Source: Pseudomonadota bacterium
Lineage (GTDB): Bacteria; Bdellovibrionota_G; JALEGL01; DATDPG01
Assembly: GCA_043809315.1 (NCBI GenBank)
Contig: JAZDDX010000005.1
Coordinates: 1 to 61,008 of the forward strand
Reading direction: 5' to 3'
DNA: 61,008 nucleotides
Shown: piece after piece, positions 46,199 through 58,582 of the stretch
Layout: the number at the start of each line of letters is the position of its first letter
Numbering within the stretch: the first letter of the stretch is position 1
Notes under the pieces: generated by a model
Database searches by the model: none
Told to the model about the DNA's origin: nothing
Seen by the model: only the letters and a program-made list of their open reading frames with translations
Translations under genes and position numbers: made by a program

Positions 46199-47077
46199 CT
46201 ACCACGCCATGATCGGCGTCTTCGGCCCCGCTTTGATCGCCATCGGCGACGACGTCACCTCCCAGAACCCGCCGTCCCCGGAGATCACGAACGATCGGCT
46301 CCCCTGCCGCGAAGCCAGTATCGACTCCACGTCCCAGTGGACGTACAGGCTGATCCCCGCCACCGGCTCATCGGGTTTCTCCTCCGTCGCGAAGTTGATG
46401 ATGTCCTCCACCTTCGAGTCGAACGAGGCCTCGAACCCAGGCATCACGCTGATTTGCTCCGGAACAACCCGGACGTTCATCAGGTACTTCCCCCCCTTAT
46501 CCTTGAGATGACCGCCGTAGAAGAACCGGATGGCGTAGTCGATCCGGACCACGTCTATCCCGTAGAAGTTCTCCATCAGGAGACCGAACCCCACCGACTT
46601 CGGAAGCTTCGACCAGCCGACCATCTGCTCCCACTGTTTCTTGGCGTCCGCCTCACTCTCCACGTTCTTCATTTCGAATGGTAGGACCGACGTGAACGGA
46701 AGATCGGTTTTCGAGACCGGTTTGTTCTCCTTTAAGAAGGCCCAGAACTCCTTGAACAGGTACACATACGTGCCGACATCGCCGCCGTACCCGGTCCCGT
46801 ACGGGGACGGGGTGGTCCAGCGCCCGGTCGGGAGAGTCGTCGTCCCCCCTCCCGGCAAGATCACACGAGGTTGCTGCGTGATCCATTTGACTTTTTCATC
46901 GAACAGTTGGTAGCAGCCGGGATAATTCGCCTTTTCCAGGTCCCGCGCCGTCTTGTCTTTCGGAAAGAGACAAGGCCCTTTTGGGATCAACTGTTGCGCG
47001 GATGCGATGTTCGACAAAAGAATGGAAAGCGCCGTCAGTGCGCCAAGGCACCAAAGATAGGATTTTTCTGGTTGCAT
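46199..47077 (-). CDS. secreted hypothetical protein between tRNA-Gly and tRNA-Cys
   Basis: RBS GGAGG; hydrophobic signal peptide ending ASA|QQ; 292-aa ORF with host-like codon usage. Confidence 0.75.
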   Translation of the reverse strand: MQPEKSYLWCLGALTALSILLSNIASAQQLIPKGPCLFPKDKTARDLEKANYPGCYQLFDEKVKWITQQPRVILPGGGTTTLPTGRWTTPSPYGTGYGGDVGTYVYLFKEFWAFLKENKPVSKTDLPFTSVLPFEMKNVESEADAKKQWEQMVGWSKLPKSVGFGLLMENFYGIDVVRIDYAIRFFYGGHLKDKGGKYLMNVRVVPEQISVMPGFEASFDSKVEDIINFATEEKPDEPVAGISLYVHWDVESILASRQGSRSFVISGDGGFWEVTSSPMAIKAGPKTPIMAW

Positions 47078-47151
47078 AGCCCCCCCTCCAGAAAGCTACC
47101 GGTATTATTTCAAAAAAAGCCGATTTGACAAGGGGGGCCCGGAAGAAAGTT

Positions 47152-47226
47152 TGGAGCGGGAGAAGGGGCTTGAACCCTCGACCCTCACGTTGGCAACGTG
47201 ATGCTCTACCACTGAGCTACTCCCGC
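47152..47226 (-). tRNA. tRNA-Gly (GCC)
   Basis: Reverse complement GCGGGAGTAGCTCAGTGGTAGAGCATCACGTTGCCAACGTGAGGGTCGAGGGTTCAAGCCCCTTCTCCCGCTCCA. Confidence 0.96.
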
Positions 47227-47319
47227 TCGTAACAGGTCGAAACCGAAGGGAAACCTGGTATCGGAGGAGGTGCTCCCTGTCAAGCATGTGATATAGTCTT
47301 TTCCCTCGACCGGAGCCAA

Positions 47320-50300
47320 ATGAGCCGAACCCGAATCGTTCTTCTCTTCGTTGCCCTGCTGGGTGCCTCTGTATTCCTCTCCCAGAGCGACATTCCGATT
47401 CAACGCGGCTATTCACTAAGTCCTGACTGGCTCTCCGGGCATGATCGCCTCGTTCGCCTCGAAATTTTGAACCGCGTCCTCTATCACATCAAGGAGAGTT
47501 ACGTCGATCCGGAACGGGTGAAGCCGGAAGAGATGTTCAAGAAAGCGCTCGACAACATCTCGCTCTCCGTCGCGGAGGTCCGGGTTCTCTATCCATCCCC
47601 GAAACGCGCGATCCTCGTCGTCGATCAGGAGCGGAAGGAGTTCGACACCGATCTCCCGACTCTCTACGGCGTGCAATCGTCGATCTCGGAAGCGTTGCGA
47701 TTCGTGAAGTCTCACAAACGGAGCGACATCTCCGACGACGATCTCGAAACGACCGCGATCAACGGAATTCTTTCCACGCTCGATCCCCACTCCGTCTACC
47801 TCACCAAAGAAATGTACCGCGAAATGAAGACCGGGACCTCCGGCATCTTCGGGGGATTGGGGATCGAGATCGGGATCCGGGAGGAGAAGCTGACCGTCAT
47901 CCGCCCGATCAAGGACACCCCCGCCTACCGCGCGGGACTCCAGCCGGGGGATCGGATCACGCGGATCGGCGAGGACTCGACGCGGAACATGCCGCTGGAT
48001 GAAGCGGTCGACCGGATGCGGGGCCCGAAGGGAACGAAGGTGACCATTACCATCTCGCGGAACGGATGGAATACCGATCGCGATTTCACCTTGACACGCG
48101 ACGAGATCAACGTCGTGAGCGTCGAATCCGAGCTGCTTCCGGGGCGCATCGCGTACGTCCGGATCAAGAGTTTTCAGAAGAACACCTCGCGAGATCTCTC
48201 GGCGTCTTTGAAGCGCCTTCACGAGCGCGCGGGGGGGGCGTTGCGCGGGATCGTCCTCGATCTCCGTTTCGATCCGGGCGGGCTTCTCGACCAGGCGATT
48301 GCCGTCACCGACAAGTTTTTGAAAAACGGCGTCATCGTCACGACGGTCGACATGGCCACGAAACTGCGGAAACAGGAGATTGCGTCGGGTCACGGGACCG
48401 AGACCAAGGTTCCGATGGTGGTTCTTGTGAACGGATCGAGCGCCAGCGCGTCTGAAATCGTCGCGGGCGCCCTGCAGCGGCAGAACCGTGCTCTCGTGAT
48501 CGGAGAAAAGACGTTCGGAAAGGGGACCGTCCAGTCGATCTTCGACCTGCCGGAAAAATCGGCTCTCAAGCTCACGGTCGCGAAATACCTGACCCCGGGA
48601 GATATCTCGATCCAATCGATCGGGATCGATCCCGAGATCCGGACCCTTCCCGCGGCGATCTCACCCGACCGGATCGCGATCTTCCCGAACCATTCGCGGA
48701 TCAGTGAAAGAACCCTCGAACGCCACTTCGAGAACCCGGAAGCGGCACGCGCCGTCCCTCCCCCGATCTTGTCGTTACGGTATCTCGAAGAGCGGACCGA
48801 CAAGGAGATCGTTCAGGACGATATGAAGTTGAGCGCCGTCAAGGAGGATGCTTCGGCGTACGCCGAGGGGCTCCTTCGCGATTTTTCCGTGCGACTCTCC
48901 TCCGAAATCCTGCGTACGGCGACGGGACCGGCCCGGAAGGAGATGATCTCCGCTGCAAAGCGAGCAACGACCGTCATCGAGCGACAGGAGGAAGAAAAGA
49001 TCCGGGCGGCGCTCCAGAAGCGCGGCATCGACTGGGCGGAAACGCCGAAAACGGCACCCAAGGATTGCGGCACGCCGACCGCCACCACCAAGATCGTGGA
49101 CGGATCCGCCGCTAAACTCCGCGCCGGAGATACGATCCGTTTCCTCGTGACGATCGACAATCCCGGCCCCTGCCCTCTTTTCCAGGCCTGGGCCAACTCG
49201 AAATCGAGGAACTACCTCTTCGACGACCACGAATTCCTCTTCGGCGGCGTTCCCCCCGGATCGTCCGTCACGCGGGAGGTCAAGGTCGAGATCCCGAAAT
49301 CGTTTCCCACCCACCTGTCCCCCGTGACGATCGAGTTTCGCGAGGCCCACGGGTTGGTACCGCGCGCGCTTCGGACCTCGGTCGGGATTGCGAGCGCCCC
49401 CGCGCCGCAGTTCGCCTTCAACTATGACATCCGGGATCTCGAGCCGACCCGAGGAAAACGTACCCCCCCGAACGGACTGATCGAGGCGGGAGAAACGGTT
49501 GAACTCCGGGTGCGGGTCCGGAATGTCGGCCCTGTGGTTTCCTCGGAGGGGGCCGCATCGATCCATCAGGTCGGGGAAAAGACGGTCGATCTCCGGCGCG
49601 CGTACGTCCCCATTCCGATACTCCAGCCGAAGGAAGAGACGGCGGTCTCGTTCCTGATCGACGTTTCCCCTTCGTTCAATCTGAAATCGTTCGACCTTGA
49701 CCTCGCCGTCGCGGATGTTTCCTACCGCGTCTACGTGACGAAGCGGCTGTCGTTGAACGTGGTGTCCGGGCGCGAAGTGCAGAGTCGTCCGCGTGTCGTC
49801 GTGGTACAGGATGGGGAAGCCCCCGTCTACGCGCTTCCCCTCACCGACTCACCGGTCATCGCCCACGTTTCGAAGGGGTTGGTTCTTCACTCCCCCGGAT
49901 CGTTCGACGACTACTACCGCATCTCGCTCACGGGAAAAGTGATGGCTTGGATCCAGAAGACGAGCGTGTCGACCCGACGTCCGGCGAAACCGACCTCCGA
50001 ATCGGCCGGAATCGAATGGACCTATTTCCAGGCTCCGATGATTCGGACCGATCTGGAGACGAAGGCGTTCGCTCCGATCGACAGCCAGTTCATCTCGTTC
50101 TCGGGGGATGTACAGGATCCGCAGTCCGTAAAGGACCTGTTCGTCTTCGTGAACCAGAAGAAGGTTTTCTATCAGAACCTGTCGGAGGGGGCGGCGACCG
50201 GGAAGGAACGGAAGTTCAGCGCCACGATTCCGCTCGAGCCCGGATCGAATCGGATCGTCGTGGTCGCGCGAGGCCAAAACGATCTTCTCCAGCGCAAGGC

Positions 50301-50381
50301 TCTGATCCTGGAACGGACCGGCGCACCGGCAACCTCGGACGGGCGCTCCGAGGAGTTTGACGAGTTCTTGTTCGAATCGGG

Positions 50382-50388
<7 letters not shown>
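47320..50388 (+). CDS. S41 carboxy-terminal protease, long MXAN_5808-like form
   Basis: LDPHS, FGGLGIEI (PDZ), LDLR.DPGGLL, SASASEIVAGALQ, TFGKGTVQ; long Ig/SH3-like C-terminus. Confidence 0.9.
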
Positions 50389-52098
<1,710 letters not shown>

Positions 52099-52109
52099 TC
52101 GGGGGACGC

Positions 52110-53509
52110 TTAATCCCGATACAGTCGTGTGTCCCCAATTTCGAAGTTGCCGTTCGACATGAAGACCACCACATCCCCCTTCTTCGCACCCGACTTCACC
52201 CGCTCGACGATCTCGTCCATCGTCGTTGCCGCAAGCGCACTGCGACCGGCTTTACGGATTGCGGACGCGACTTCTTCAGGATGAAGCAGTTCGGCGTCGG
52301 TTAAGGAGTCCTTCTTCCGATAGACCGGCGCGAGGATCACCTCGTCCGCCAGCCGAAAGCTGTCAGGCAACGAACTTTCGAACACCCGCCGCCGAACCGT
52401 GTTCGATCTCGGCTCGAAAACCGCCCAGAGCTTCCCCTTCGTGACGTCGGCGAGCGGGCGAAACCCCGCCAGCGTCTCGCGGATCGCCGTCGGATGGTGC
52501 GCAAAATCGTCGTAAAAACGGATTCCCCGGACCTCCCCCAGAAACTCTTGCCGGCGACGAACCCCTTCAAACGTCGAGACCGCGGCCGCCGCCTTCTCCG
52601 GCGATACGCCCTGGATTTCAGCAGCCGCCAGACAGGCCAGAACGTTGAGGACGTTGTGATCTCCCAAGAGTGGCGAATTAACCTCAGCGAGCTTTTGCTC
52701 GTGATGAATTACCCTGAAATGTCTCCCCTTCGACGTCTGCCGTAGATCTCCCGCTCTCCAATCGTTTCCACCACCGAGCCCGTAAAACGACACGGTAAGA
52801 TCACCACGCGCCACCACGGTCTTCTTCACTGTGGCGTTGTCTCCCCATGCGCAAATGGACCCATTTTTCGGAAGGATCGAAACCAGCTTCTCGAACTGTT
52901 CCACGACGTGCCGCTCGTCCCGATAGATGTCGGCATGGTCGAACTCGATCGACGTCACGATCAAATCCCGAGGCACGTAGTGCAGGAACTTCGGTGTTTT
53001 TTCGAAGAAGGCGGTGTCGTACTCGTCCCCCTCGATCACGAACGGCTTCCCGGTCCCGATCCGACAGCCACGCCCGAAGTTCTTCGGGATCCCCCCCCCA
53101 CAAACAGACCCGGAGCCTGTCCGGCCCGGTCCAGGATCCAGGCAAGGAGGGAGGTCGTCGTGGTCTTCCCGTGTGTCCCGGTCACGACCACGCTCCGGCG
53201 ATCTTTCAGGAAATACTTCGCAAGCGCCTGCGCCATCGACGTATACGGGATCCCGCTCGTCAAAAGCGCCTCTGCTTCCGGATTCCCGCGCGAGATCACG
53301 TTCCCGACGATCACGAGATCGGGTTTCGGCTCGAGATTCTCCGGCTTGAACCCCTCGAGGACCGGAATCTTGAGCTCCGCAAGTTCCGTGGAGGCCGGAG
53401 GATAGATCTTCTGATCCGATCCGCGGACCTTCCACCCTTTCTCGGCGAACATCCCCGCGAGAGATGCCATCCCGGAACCGCCGATCCCCATCAGGTGTAC
53501 CGTCTTCAT
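52110..53509 (-). pseudogene. mpl: murein peptide ligase Mpl, frameshifted at a G9 tract (sequencing error or phase variation)
   Basis: N-part HLMGIGGSGM...GTHGKTTT...GLFVGG and C-part IPKNFG...FVIEGDEYDTAFF...DDFAHHPTAI...FEPRSNT lie in different frames joined at C9 53091-53099. Confidence 0.85.
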
Positions 53510-54609
53510 GAATCCAGCGCCTCCCAGACCGCATCGTGAAACAAGGGACGAAACTCTTTGATCTTCTCGTTTTTCGACGTCGGGTGAACCCGATTGGTCA
53601 GAAGAACGACGACCGCCCCGCGCAACAGATCGATCCAGATCGATGTGCCGGTATACCCGAGGTGCCCCACAGCCCTCTCGGACACCCGTTCCCCGGCCTG
53701 CGACCCCGTGGGAGAGGGGAGATCCCAACCCAACGCGCGGGAAGAACCCTCCCCCGCCGAGAGCGGCGCCACGAACTCCGCCGCCACTTTTTTCGAAAGA
53801 AACGATGTCCCGATCGCCACGGAATCGCGCCAGATCTTTCCAATCGCGAGACAGTCCCCAACCGTTCCAAAAAGGCCGGCGTGCCCTGCGAGCCCACCGA
53901 GCACGTATGCGTTGTCGTCGTGGACGACCCCCTGGATGACTCCACCCCTCCACGGGAGATCCTCGGTCGCGGCGATGCGGGAACTCGGAATCCCAAGTGG
54001 GATCGGATCAGCCAGCGGGGTTTCCAGATCGAGGGGTCTCCGGAGCCGTTCGTCGATCAAGCGACGAAGCGGGTTCCCCGAGATCTTTTCCAGGAGCGCG
54101 CCGAGCAGGATGAACCCGAGATCGCTGTAGATGACTGCACTCCGTGGGGAACGGAATGCCGGCATCGAGGCAATCCGGGAAAGAATCCTCCCTCGGACTT
54201 CGGGGGAACCGGGAACAAGAACAGAGCCCGTTCCGCGATACTCACGCGCAAGATCGCACCAGGCCGCGAACCCGGCCCGATGGGCGAGCAGATCCCGGAT
54301 CGTGACGTCGCTCCAATCGGCGTGCCAGGGAAGGTCGGACAGTACTTCTACGACCCGATCGTCGAGCGATAACTCCTTCTTCGCCGCCATGACAGCAACA
54401 ATCCCGGTCGTTCCGAGAACCTTCGTAAGGGATGCGAAATCGAACAGCGTCTCCTGGGTCACCGGTTTCTTTTCGTCGTCCAGACGGATCGTTCCGACCG
54501 GTCGGATCCATTCCGTACCGTCGTTCGCGAGAACCCCGGCGCAACCGCCCGGGAAAACGCCGCCTCCCGCCCCTTCCAGAAGGAGTTTTTCGACGGAGGA
54601 AAAGTTCAT
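53506..54609 (-). CDS. serine hydrolase, beta-lactamase class C family
   Basis: FDFASLTK, YSDLGF, G.VHDDNA, AGHAGLFG, GHLGYTGTSIWID; ATG at 54609. Confidence 0.92.
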   Translation of the reverse strand: MNFSSVEKLLLEGAGGGVFPGGCAGVLANDGTEWIRPVGTIRLDDEKKPVTQETLFDFASLTKVLGTTGIVAVMAAKKELSLDDRVVEVLSDLPWHADWSDVTIRDLLAHRAGFAAWCDLAREYRGTGSVLVPGSPEVRGRILSRIASMPAFRSPRSAVIYSDLGFILLGALLEKISGNPLRRLIDERLRRPLDLETPLADPIPLGIPSSRIAATEDLPWRGGVIQGVVHDDNAYVLGGLAGHAGLFGTVGDCLAIGKIWRDSVAIGTSFLSKKVAAEFVAPLSAGEGSSRALGWDLPSPTGSQAGERVSERAVGHLGYTGTSIWIDLLRGAVVVLLTNRVHPTSKNEKIKEFRPLFHDAVWEALDS

Positions 54610-55574
54610 GAAGCGACTTCCCGAACGAACGGCGGGAGAAGGAGTCTGCGTCCGCGGGCTTCGATTCGAACCGGCGCGCCGATCGGAAGAAGGACGTTCG
54701 CATGTCGATGTCCGGCCCGGATTCCCGCCAAAACCGGGATCTTCCGCGCTCCCAGAAAACGGTCGACGATCCCTTCGAGCCAAGCCGTCCGGTGGGGCTT
54801 CCCGGAAAGATCGGTGAAATCCCCAAGAAGAAGACCTCGAATCTTCCGGAAGTACCCGGACAGAGCGAGTTGCGCGAACATCCGGTCGATGCGGTAGGGG
54901 GGCTCGGAAACCTCCTCCAGGAACAGAATCCCGCTCGCGGGGATCTCGAAACGGGTCCCGACAGCGGCCGCCACCGTAGCAAGATTCCCGCCCCAGAGTC
55001 TTCCCGACGCCGTTCCGGCATGAAGCACGCGATGATCGTGGGGAGCTTTCAGAATCCGTTCTTTCCCGCCTCGGAAGAACGAAAGCCAGCGTCGCCGGGA
55101 GGTCTCGGACATCCTCTCGAAAAGATCCCCGGCCAGGACCGGTCCGTGAATCGTCGGAAGGCCGGATTCGACCGAGATCCGGTTCAGAAGGACGGTCAGA
55201 TCGCTCATGCCGCTTACGATCTTAGGGTGAGAGGGGCGCCCGAAAATCTTCGATTTTCGAACGAGCGTCTCGAGAAGACGCATCGATCCGTACCCACCGC
55301 GGGCGGCGAAGATAGCGTCGATCTTCGGATCGCGCCAGGCCGTAATAAACTCTTTCAACCTCCTGGCATCGCTCCCGGCCAGGTATCCCTTCCGGGAGAA
55401 GATCTCCGGACGGTACCGGACCGAGATCCCCTCCCCTTCGAGCCACCGAACGGCCCGATCGAGCCGCTTCCGTTCAAATGGGCTCGCCGGAGCGATCACC
55501 GCTACGGAAGATCCCTTCGAAATCGCTCGCAGCTTTCCTTTTCCTCTCGGTAAGATAATACTTTTCTTCTTCAT
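54606..55574 (-). CDS. ldcA: LD-carboxypeptidase (S66)
   Basis: IAPASP, YLAGSD..R, ARGGYGSMRL, GMSDLT, GGNL, FLEEVSEPPYRIDRM, GH. Confidence 0.92.
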   Translation of the reverse strand: MKKKSIILPRGKGKLRAISKGSSVAVIAPASPFERKRLDRAVRWLEGEGISVRYRPEIFSRKGYLAGSDARRLKEFITAWRDPKIDAIFAARGGYGSMRLLETLVRKSKIFGRPSHPKIVSGMSDLTVLLNRISVESGLPTIHGPVLAGDLFERMSETSRRRWLSFFRGGKERILKAPHDHRVLHAGTASGRLWGGNLATVAAAVGTRFEIPASGILFLEEVSEPPYRIDRMFAQLALSGYFRKIRGLLLGDFTDLSGKPHRTAWLEGIVDRFLGARKIPVLAGIRAGHRHANVLLPIGAPVRIEARGRRLLLPPFVREVAS

Positions 55575-57822
55575 GGACGTTTCTTCCCCGTCCGGCTTCT
55601 TCTCACGGTGGTTCGTTCGACGGATCCGGACGCGGGTCTCTTTCTCCGCCCCCGTGCGAGACCCGTCTTCCACCGCAACGGTCGTCTATGTCCTTCGAGG
55701 GAGGAGAAGACTCGATCATCTTCTCATGAACGCCGTAGCTCTCCAACAGGATCTTCCCCCGCCGACCCACGCAGCAGGCGCCGATCCGGAGCAAACCGCC
55801 CGGGCGTTCGAAGCGCTCCTGCGCAAGAATAGCGTCGTTCTTTTCCTTCGGGATTCACAGTCCCTCGACCTCTGGAGGGAGCTCTTGGACCGGCAAAGAG
55901 ACGGAACCTGGGACCTTCGTCTGGTCCCCGTCGGTTTCTTCTGGCGCCGGTTTCCGGGACGACTCCATCCGGTCTGGTTGGACCGGATCCTTGGAACCGA
56001 TGAAGATCCCGGGCGCCTCCGGTACGCGTTTCGATATCTCCTCCACCGCCATCACGTCGCCGTGCGGTTCTCAAAGCCTCTGCCTCTGCGCGATCTCGCA
56101 AACGATCCGGTGTCGGAGGTATCCCTCCGACGCCTCCGCCATCGCCTTCTCTCCGCGATCGACCGGGAACGGAGAATCCTCTGCGGACCTCGGTGGCAAC
56201 CGCGCAGCCGGATCATCCGGGCGATCCTCCGGACGCAAGAGGTCCGAAAAGCGATCGTAGCGGCCGCCCGTCGGAAGAAGCGGACCGAACGGGAGACCCT
56301 TCGAAGGGCCGAACGGATCCTCCGTGAAATGGTGGCCGATTATCGCCACGCCTACGTATGTCTCGCTTACCGGACCGTTCGTTTCCTCTGGCACCGGATG
56401 TTCACCACCCTCAACGTAAACCTCGAGGGGATCGAACGGATCCGTGCCGTGGCAAAAGACCATCCCGTGCTCCTTACGCCCTGCCACAAGAGCCACATGG
56501 ACTATCTGCTTCTCTCCCTGATCTTCTACGAAAACAGAATCCCTCTTCCTCACGTCAACGCCGGAGCCAACCTCTCCTTCTTTCCGATGGGGATTATGTC
56601 CCGAAGCGGCGGTGCGTTCTTCATGCGCCGGAGCGTCCTTGGGGAAACTCTCTACACTCCGCTCCTCTCCGCCTACATCCGGTTCCTGATCCGAAACGGA
56701 TCCACACAGGAGTTTTTCATCGAAGGGGGGCGCACCCGGACCGGAAAAGTGATTTCCCCGAAGACCGGGCTACTGACCCTCGAAGTCGATTCGTTTCTCG
56801 ACGGAGCGGCCGACGAACTGTTCGTAGTTCCGACGGCGATCACCTACGACCGGGTCCCCGAGGACGAGGGGTACCGCGCCGAGCTCGCCGGCGGACTCAA
56901 ACGGAAAGAGACATTTTGGACCATGTGGAGATCCCGGGGGCTCGTGTTCCGGAAGCACGGCGAGGTCCACGTCCGCTTCTCGGATCCGATCTCGCTGAAA
57001 GAGTTCTTTTCCACCCCGTCGGCAGAGAACTCCGAGAAACATCGGAAAGGTCGGACCTCCGAACTCGCCGACCGGATCGTCCGGGAGATCGCCTCGGAAA
57101 CGGCCGTCACCCGCTCTGCTCTAGCAGCTACCGCTCTCTTGAGCGATGGAAGTGGAATCGTTGATCCCGCCACTCTTCTCCAACGAACCGCGCTACTTCT
57201 CCGCGTGTTCCATACTGCCGGAGCCCCGATCGCCGAGACCGCCCGGGATCCGGGGCGCTTCGTCCCGGAGATCCTCTCCTTTTTCGCCTCCAACGGATGG
57301 CTGAAAAAGAACCGGATCGACGAAGAGTCGAGGTTGATCCTCGACTTCTACAAGAACACGACTCTGTTCCATCTCCTTCCGACAGCAATGGCAGCATTGT
57401 TGAAGGAGAGAAGCGTCGATCGGTATCGGGAGGAGGACGGGGAGTTCCTACGTCGGCTCTGTGAAGAAGAGTTTTCAGAGGAAGTTCGCCCCGGATCGGT
57501 GGAGGGGGAAACACCCGACGATCGCATCTTTCTCGCGGGGCTTCTGGACAATTATCTCGAGTCGTACCGCCTGGCCGGGTTGAGCGCCGATCAGAAAGGG
57601 ATCCGCTTCCCGCTTTCCGTGGATGCGATGGGAACCGTCCTCTCGTTCGGGCGTGAGCTTCTCTCACGCGGCGACCTGCGCCGAGCGGAAGCGCTGTCGA
57701 CGGCGAACCTGAAGAACGCCTTCGCATACCTGCACAAGGAAGGGTTGCTCAAAGACCGGAACGGTCTTTTTATCTGGATGAAACGTCTGGAGCGCCTCAG
57801 CGGCGCGAAACGAAAAAGTTAA
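55573..57822 (+). CDS. plsB: glycerol-3-phosphate acyltransferase PlsB-like
   Basis: PCHKSHMDYLL, AGANL, GAFFMRR, FFIEGGRTRTGK; start uncertain. Confidence 0.85.
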   Translation: MDVSSPSGFFSRWFVRRIRTRVSFSAPVRDPSSTATVVYVLRGRRRLDHLLMNAVALQQDLPPPTHAAGADPEQTARAFEALLRKNSVVLFLRDSQSLDLWRELLDRQRDGTWDLRLVPVGFFWRRFPGRLHPVWLDRILGTDEDPGRLRYAFRYLLHRHHVAVRFSKPLPLRDLANDPVSEVSLRRLRHRLLSAIDRERRILCGPRWQPRSRIIRAILRTQEVRKAIVAAARRKKRTERETLRRAERILREMVADYRHAYVCLAYRTVRFLWHRMFTTLNVNLEGIERIRAVAKDHPVLLTPCHKSHMDYLLLSLIFYENRIPLPHVNAGANLSFFPMGIMSRSGGAFFMRRSVLGETLYTPLLSAYIRFLIRNGSTQEFFIEGGRTRTGKVISPKTGLLTLEVDSFLDGAADELFVVPTAITYDRVPEDEGYRAELAGGLKRKETFWTMWRSRGLVFRKHGEVHVRFSDPISLKEFFSTPSAENSEKHRKGRTSELADRIVREIASETAVTRSALAATALLSDGSGIVDPATLLQRTALLLRVFHTAGAPIAETARDPGRFVPEILSFFASNGWLKKNRIDEESRLILDFYKNTTLFHLLPTAMAALLKERSVDRYREEDGEFLRRLCEEEFSEEVRPGSVEGETPDDRIFLAGLLDNYLESYRLAGLSADQKGIRFPLSVDAMGTVLSFGRELLSRGDLRRAEALSTANLKNAFAYLHKEGLLKDRNGLFIWMKRLERLSGAKRKS

Positions 57823-58130
57823 GGAACGATGGCCGGATCTTCCGGCAAGAACTCGACCCCGAGCCCGATCATCATCTCGCCGCGAGCGTTCGTCTGGGTC
57901 ATCGCCCGGATGACCTTCGCCGAGACCGTCGCTTCGGTGCCGGAGGGATCGATCAGGCTCACATGAATGCGTGTCCCCGGATCGAGGAGATAGTGCGTCG
58001 CCAGGAACGCCCCGCGCTCGCTCACGTCGGTCGCGCGGGAATAGATTGAGAAATCGCTCCCCTCGAACCGGACGAGCGTTTCCTCCTTCATCCTCGGACT
58101 TCTGCGTTTCTCCTCCATCGGATCCTCCAT
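57819..58130 (-). CDS. single PilZ domain protein
   Basis: EKRRSPR, DVSERGAF, GLGVEF. Confidence 0.88.
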   Translation of the reverse strand: MEDPMEEKRRSPRMKEETLVRFEGSDFSIYSRATDVSERGAFLATHYLLDPGTRIHVSLIDPSGTEATVSAKVIRAMTQTNARGEMMIGLGVEFLPEDPAIVP

Positions 58131-58155
58131 CGTTGCTCTCTATCCCATCATAAGA

Positions 58156-58170
58156 GCAGGGTCTATGCCA
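58156..58170 (-). promoter_or_regulatory. sigma54 -24/-12 promoter
   Basis: Minus strand TGGCATAGACCCTGC, 25 bp upstream of the PilZ gene. Confidence 0.7.
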
Positions 58171-58371
58171 GCGACTCCGCCATAAAACCATCTGTATTTA
58201 CACATGTTTTTTGTTGCGTCGCCATGGGTGGGACGTCCGTTTCGCCCCAAACCGGTTCCGTTGTCCCAGCCCCAAGCCTCCGAGGGTTGGGTCACGGCAA
58301 TTTGATTGAAAGGTCGGGTGCAACCCGTTACAAACTTCGGGTCCCATTTTATTCATTCTTAGAAAGGAACC

Positions 58372-58569
58372 ATGGCCAAGAAGAAATCGTGCAGCAAGGA
58401 AGTGTTGGTTGTCGGCAGCAAGGTTCGCGCGCACATCAAATCGAAGAAGTGCATGACCTCGTCGGAGTTCCTTCCGGCGCTCTCCTGCACCGTCGCCGGA
58501 ATGGTCGACCGGGCATGCGAGCGGGCGAAGGCCAACAAACGTTCCACGCTCCGGGCCCGCGACCTGTAG
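58372..58569 (+). CDS. bacterial histone-fold protein (Bd0055/HBb-like)
   Basis: RBS AAAGGA; EVLVVGSKVRAHIK...MTS.E...LS...ERAKANKRSTLRARDL fits the bacterial histone pattern ending RxTxxxxD. Confidence 0.9.
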   Translation: MAKKKSCSKEVLVVGSKVRAHIKSKKCMTSSEFLPALSCTVAGMVDRACERAKANKRSTLRARDL

Positions 58570-58582
58570 TAAGATGTAGGTC

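Noticed and set aside
58270-58350. Loose resemblance to a c-di-GMP-I riboswitch upstream of the histone gene (GGCAA...GAAA...GCAA)
   Set aside because: The stem would be mostly G.U pairs and the conserved core does not match; an Infernal/Rfam scan would be needed
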